This document shows, piece by piece, positions 63,326-64,000 of a DNA stretch of 64,000 nucleotides. The notes below the pieces were generated by a model, which saw nothing but the letters and a program-made list of their open reading frames with translations, had not been told where the DNA came from and searched no databases. The translations under genes were made by a program, and so were the position numbers. Each line of letters begins with the position of its first letter. Within the stretch, counting starts at the first letter, position 1. Origin of the DNA: Anaeramoeba ignava BMAN (taxonomy: Eukaryota; Protista; Anaeramoebae); NCBI GenBank assembly GCA_028826165.1, contig JAPDFW010000103.1, positions 744,001 to 808,000 on the forward strand, written 5' to 3'.

Positions 63326-64000
63326 TCAAATAAAATTATTTGCTTCTTTGGGTTCATTTTGCAAAGAAATTTGATACAATTGAGATTCAGAAAGAGGAAC
63401 TTGAATATTACTCAAAAAATAATTTTGGATCGATTCAACAGGACGAACATCATAAGATTTCTCTTGAAAAGCCAAGACAGAATTAATAGCCTTTCCAGCA
63501 AGAAAGAACTTATAAAAGTGGATCAAACCATCAACTGAATCTGGATTTCCTTCTTCAATAAAAGTCAAATCAGTAAGAAGAACACCGATAAAAGGAACAA
63601 GCGGAAGAGATTTGCGCTTTTCCAATTGGGCCCTATAATGTTTATATCCGGATTGATGGCTCATCATTGACGCGAGCATGCGGAACTTTTTCTTCTCAAT
63701 CTCAGTGATTTTTTCCCATGTTTTCTTCAAACGATAAATACATGCATGATTTAAAGATGCCAAAATTTCCATCATTCCGTTAAAATTATTCAAATGCTCC
63801 AATTCGTCCAGAAGCTCAATCGCAAAGCGAATCACATTCGCCCTCATCTTTGGCGATTTGTGCTTGACTATTTGATGCACAATAAAGGCTGATATTTTGT
63901 TCGAATGATGAATAAATTCAAGTACATTCGGCGATTTTTTTTCCTTTCCGTTTTTTGTCCATGCCAATCGAAGTAGCTCTTGCGCCCTTATTTTTTGGAA
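63326..64000 (-). CDS. C-terminal part of a RasGEF (CDC25 domain) protein; its 5' part lies beyond the window end
   Basis: AW...SPNV...NNFNGMMEILASLNHACIYRLKKTW...PFIGVLLTDLTFIEEGNPD. Confidence 0.93.
   Translation of the reverse strand, partial: FQKIRAQELLRLAWTKNGKEKKSPNVLEFIHHSNKISAFIVHQIVKHKSPKMRANVIRFAIELLDELEHLNNFNGMMEILASLNHACIYRLKKTWEKITEIEKKKFRMLASMMSHQSGYKHYRAQLEKRKSLPLVPFIGVLLTDLTFIEEGNPDSVDGLIHFYKFFLAGKAINSVLAFQEKSYDVRPVESIQNYFLSNIQVPLSESQLYQISLQNEPKEANNFI

Overview
Extremely AT-rich, intron-rich eukaryotic nuclear DNA using the standard genetic code. The NQ/NE homopeptide tracts, BTB/TLDc gene families and TCATTT initiator resemble an Anaeramoeba-like metamonad amoeba; this identification is inference only. 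About 24 protein genes can be reconstructed by hand with GT-AG introns: a beta-helix protein (partial), coactosin, a UBA-like protein, two genes sharing a near-identical C-terminal domain (one with BTB), a ZMAT5/U11-U12-20K-like protein, ADA2, a coiled-coil/pseudo-GBP, an MIT protein, DCN1, MED14, an alpha/beta hydrolase-UIM, a DHHC palmitoyltransferase, a Wee1/Myt1 kinase, a BAR-like protein, two BTB-TLDc paralogues, a GH25 lysozyme-like protein, an OTUD6-like DUB, an SH3-PH-RPEL-RhoGAP-SH3, ATG18/WIPI, a tandem-BTB protein and a RasGEF (partial). Genes are separated by micro/minisatellites. Most notable: (1) synonymous sites run A-ending, then GC-ending, then T-ending across each coding island bounded by AT-repeat tracts; (2) five distinct satellites all have 143-165 bp (nucleosome-sized) monomers; (3) a probable minor-spliceosome-specific protein is present; (4) several pseudo-enzymes occur (Zn-finger-less DHHC, P-loop-dead GBP, DxE-less lysozyme). 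Many homopolymer frameshifts are probably long-read assembly errors. No rRNA, tRNA, CRISPR or transposase was recognised.
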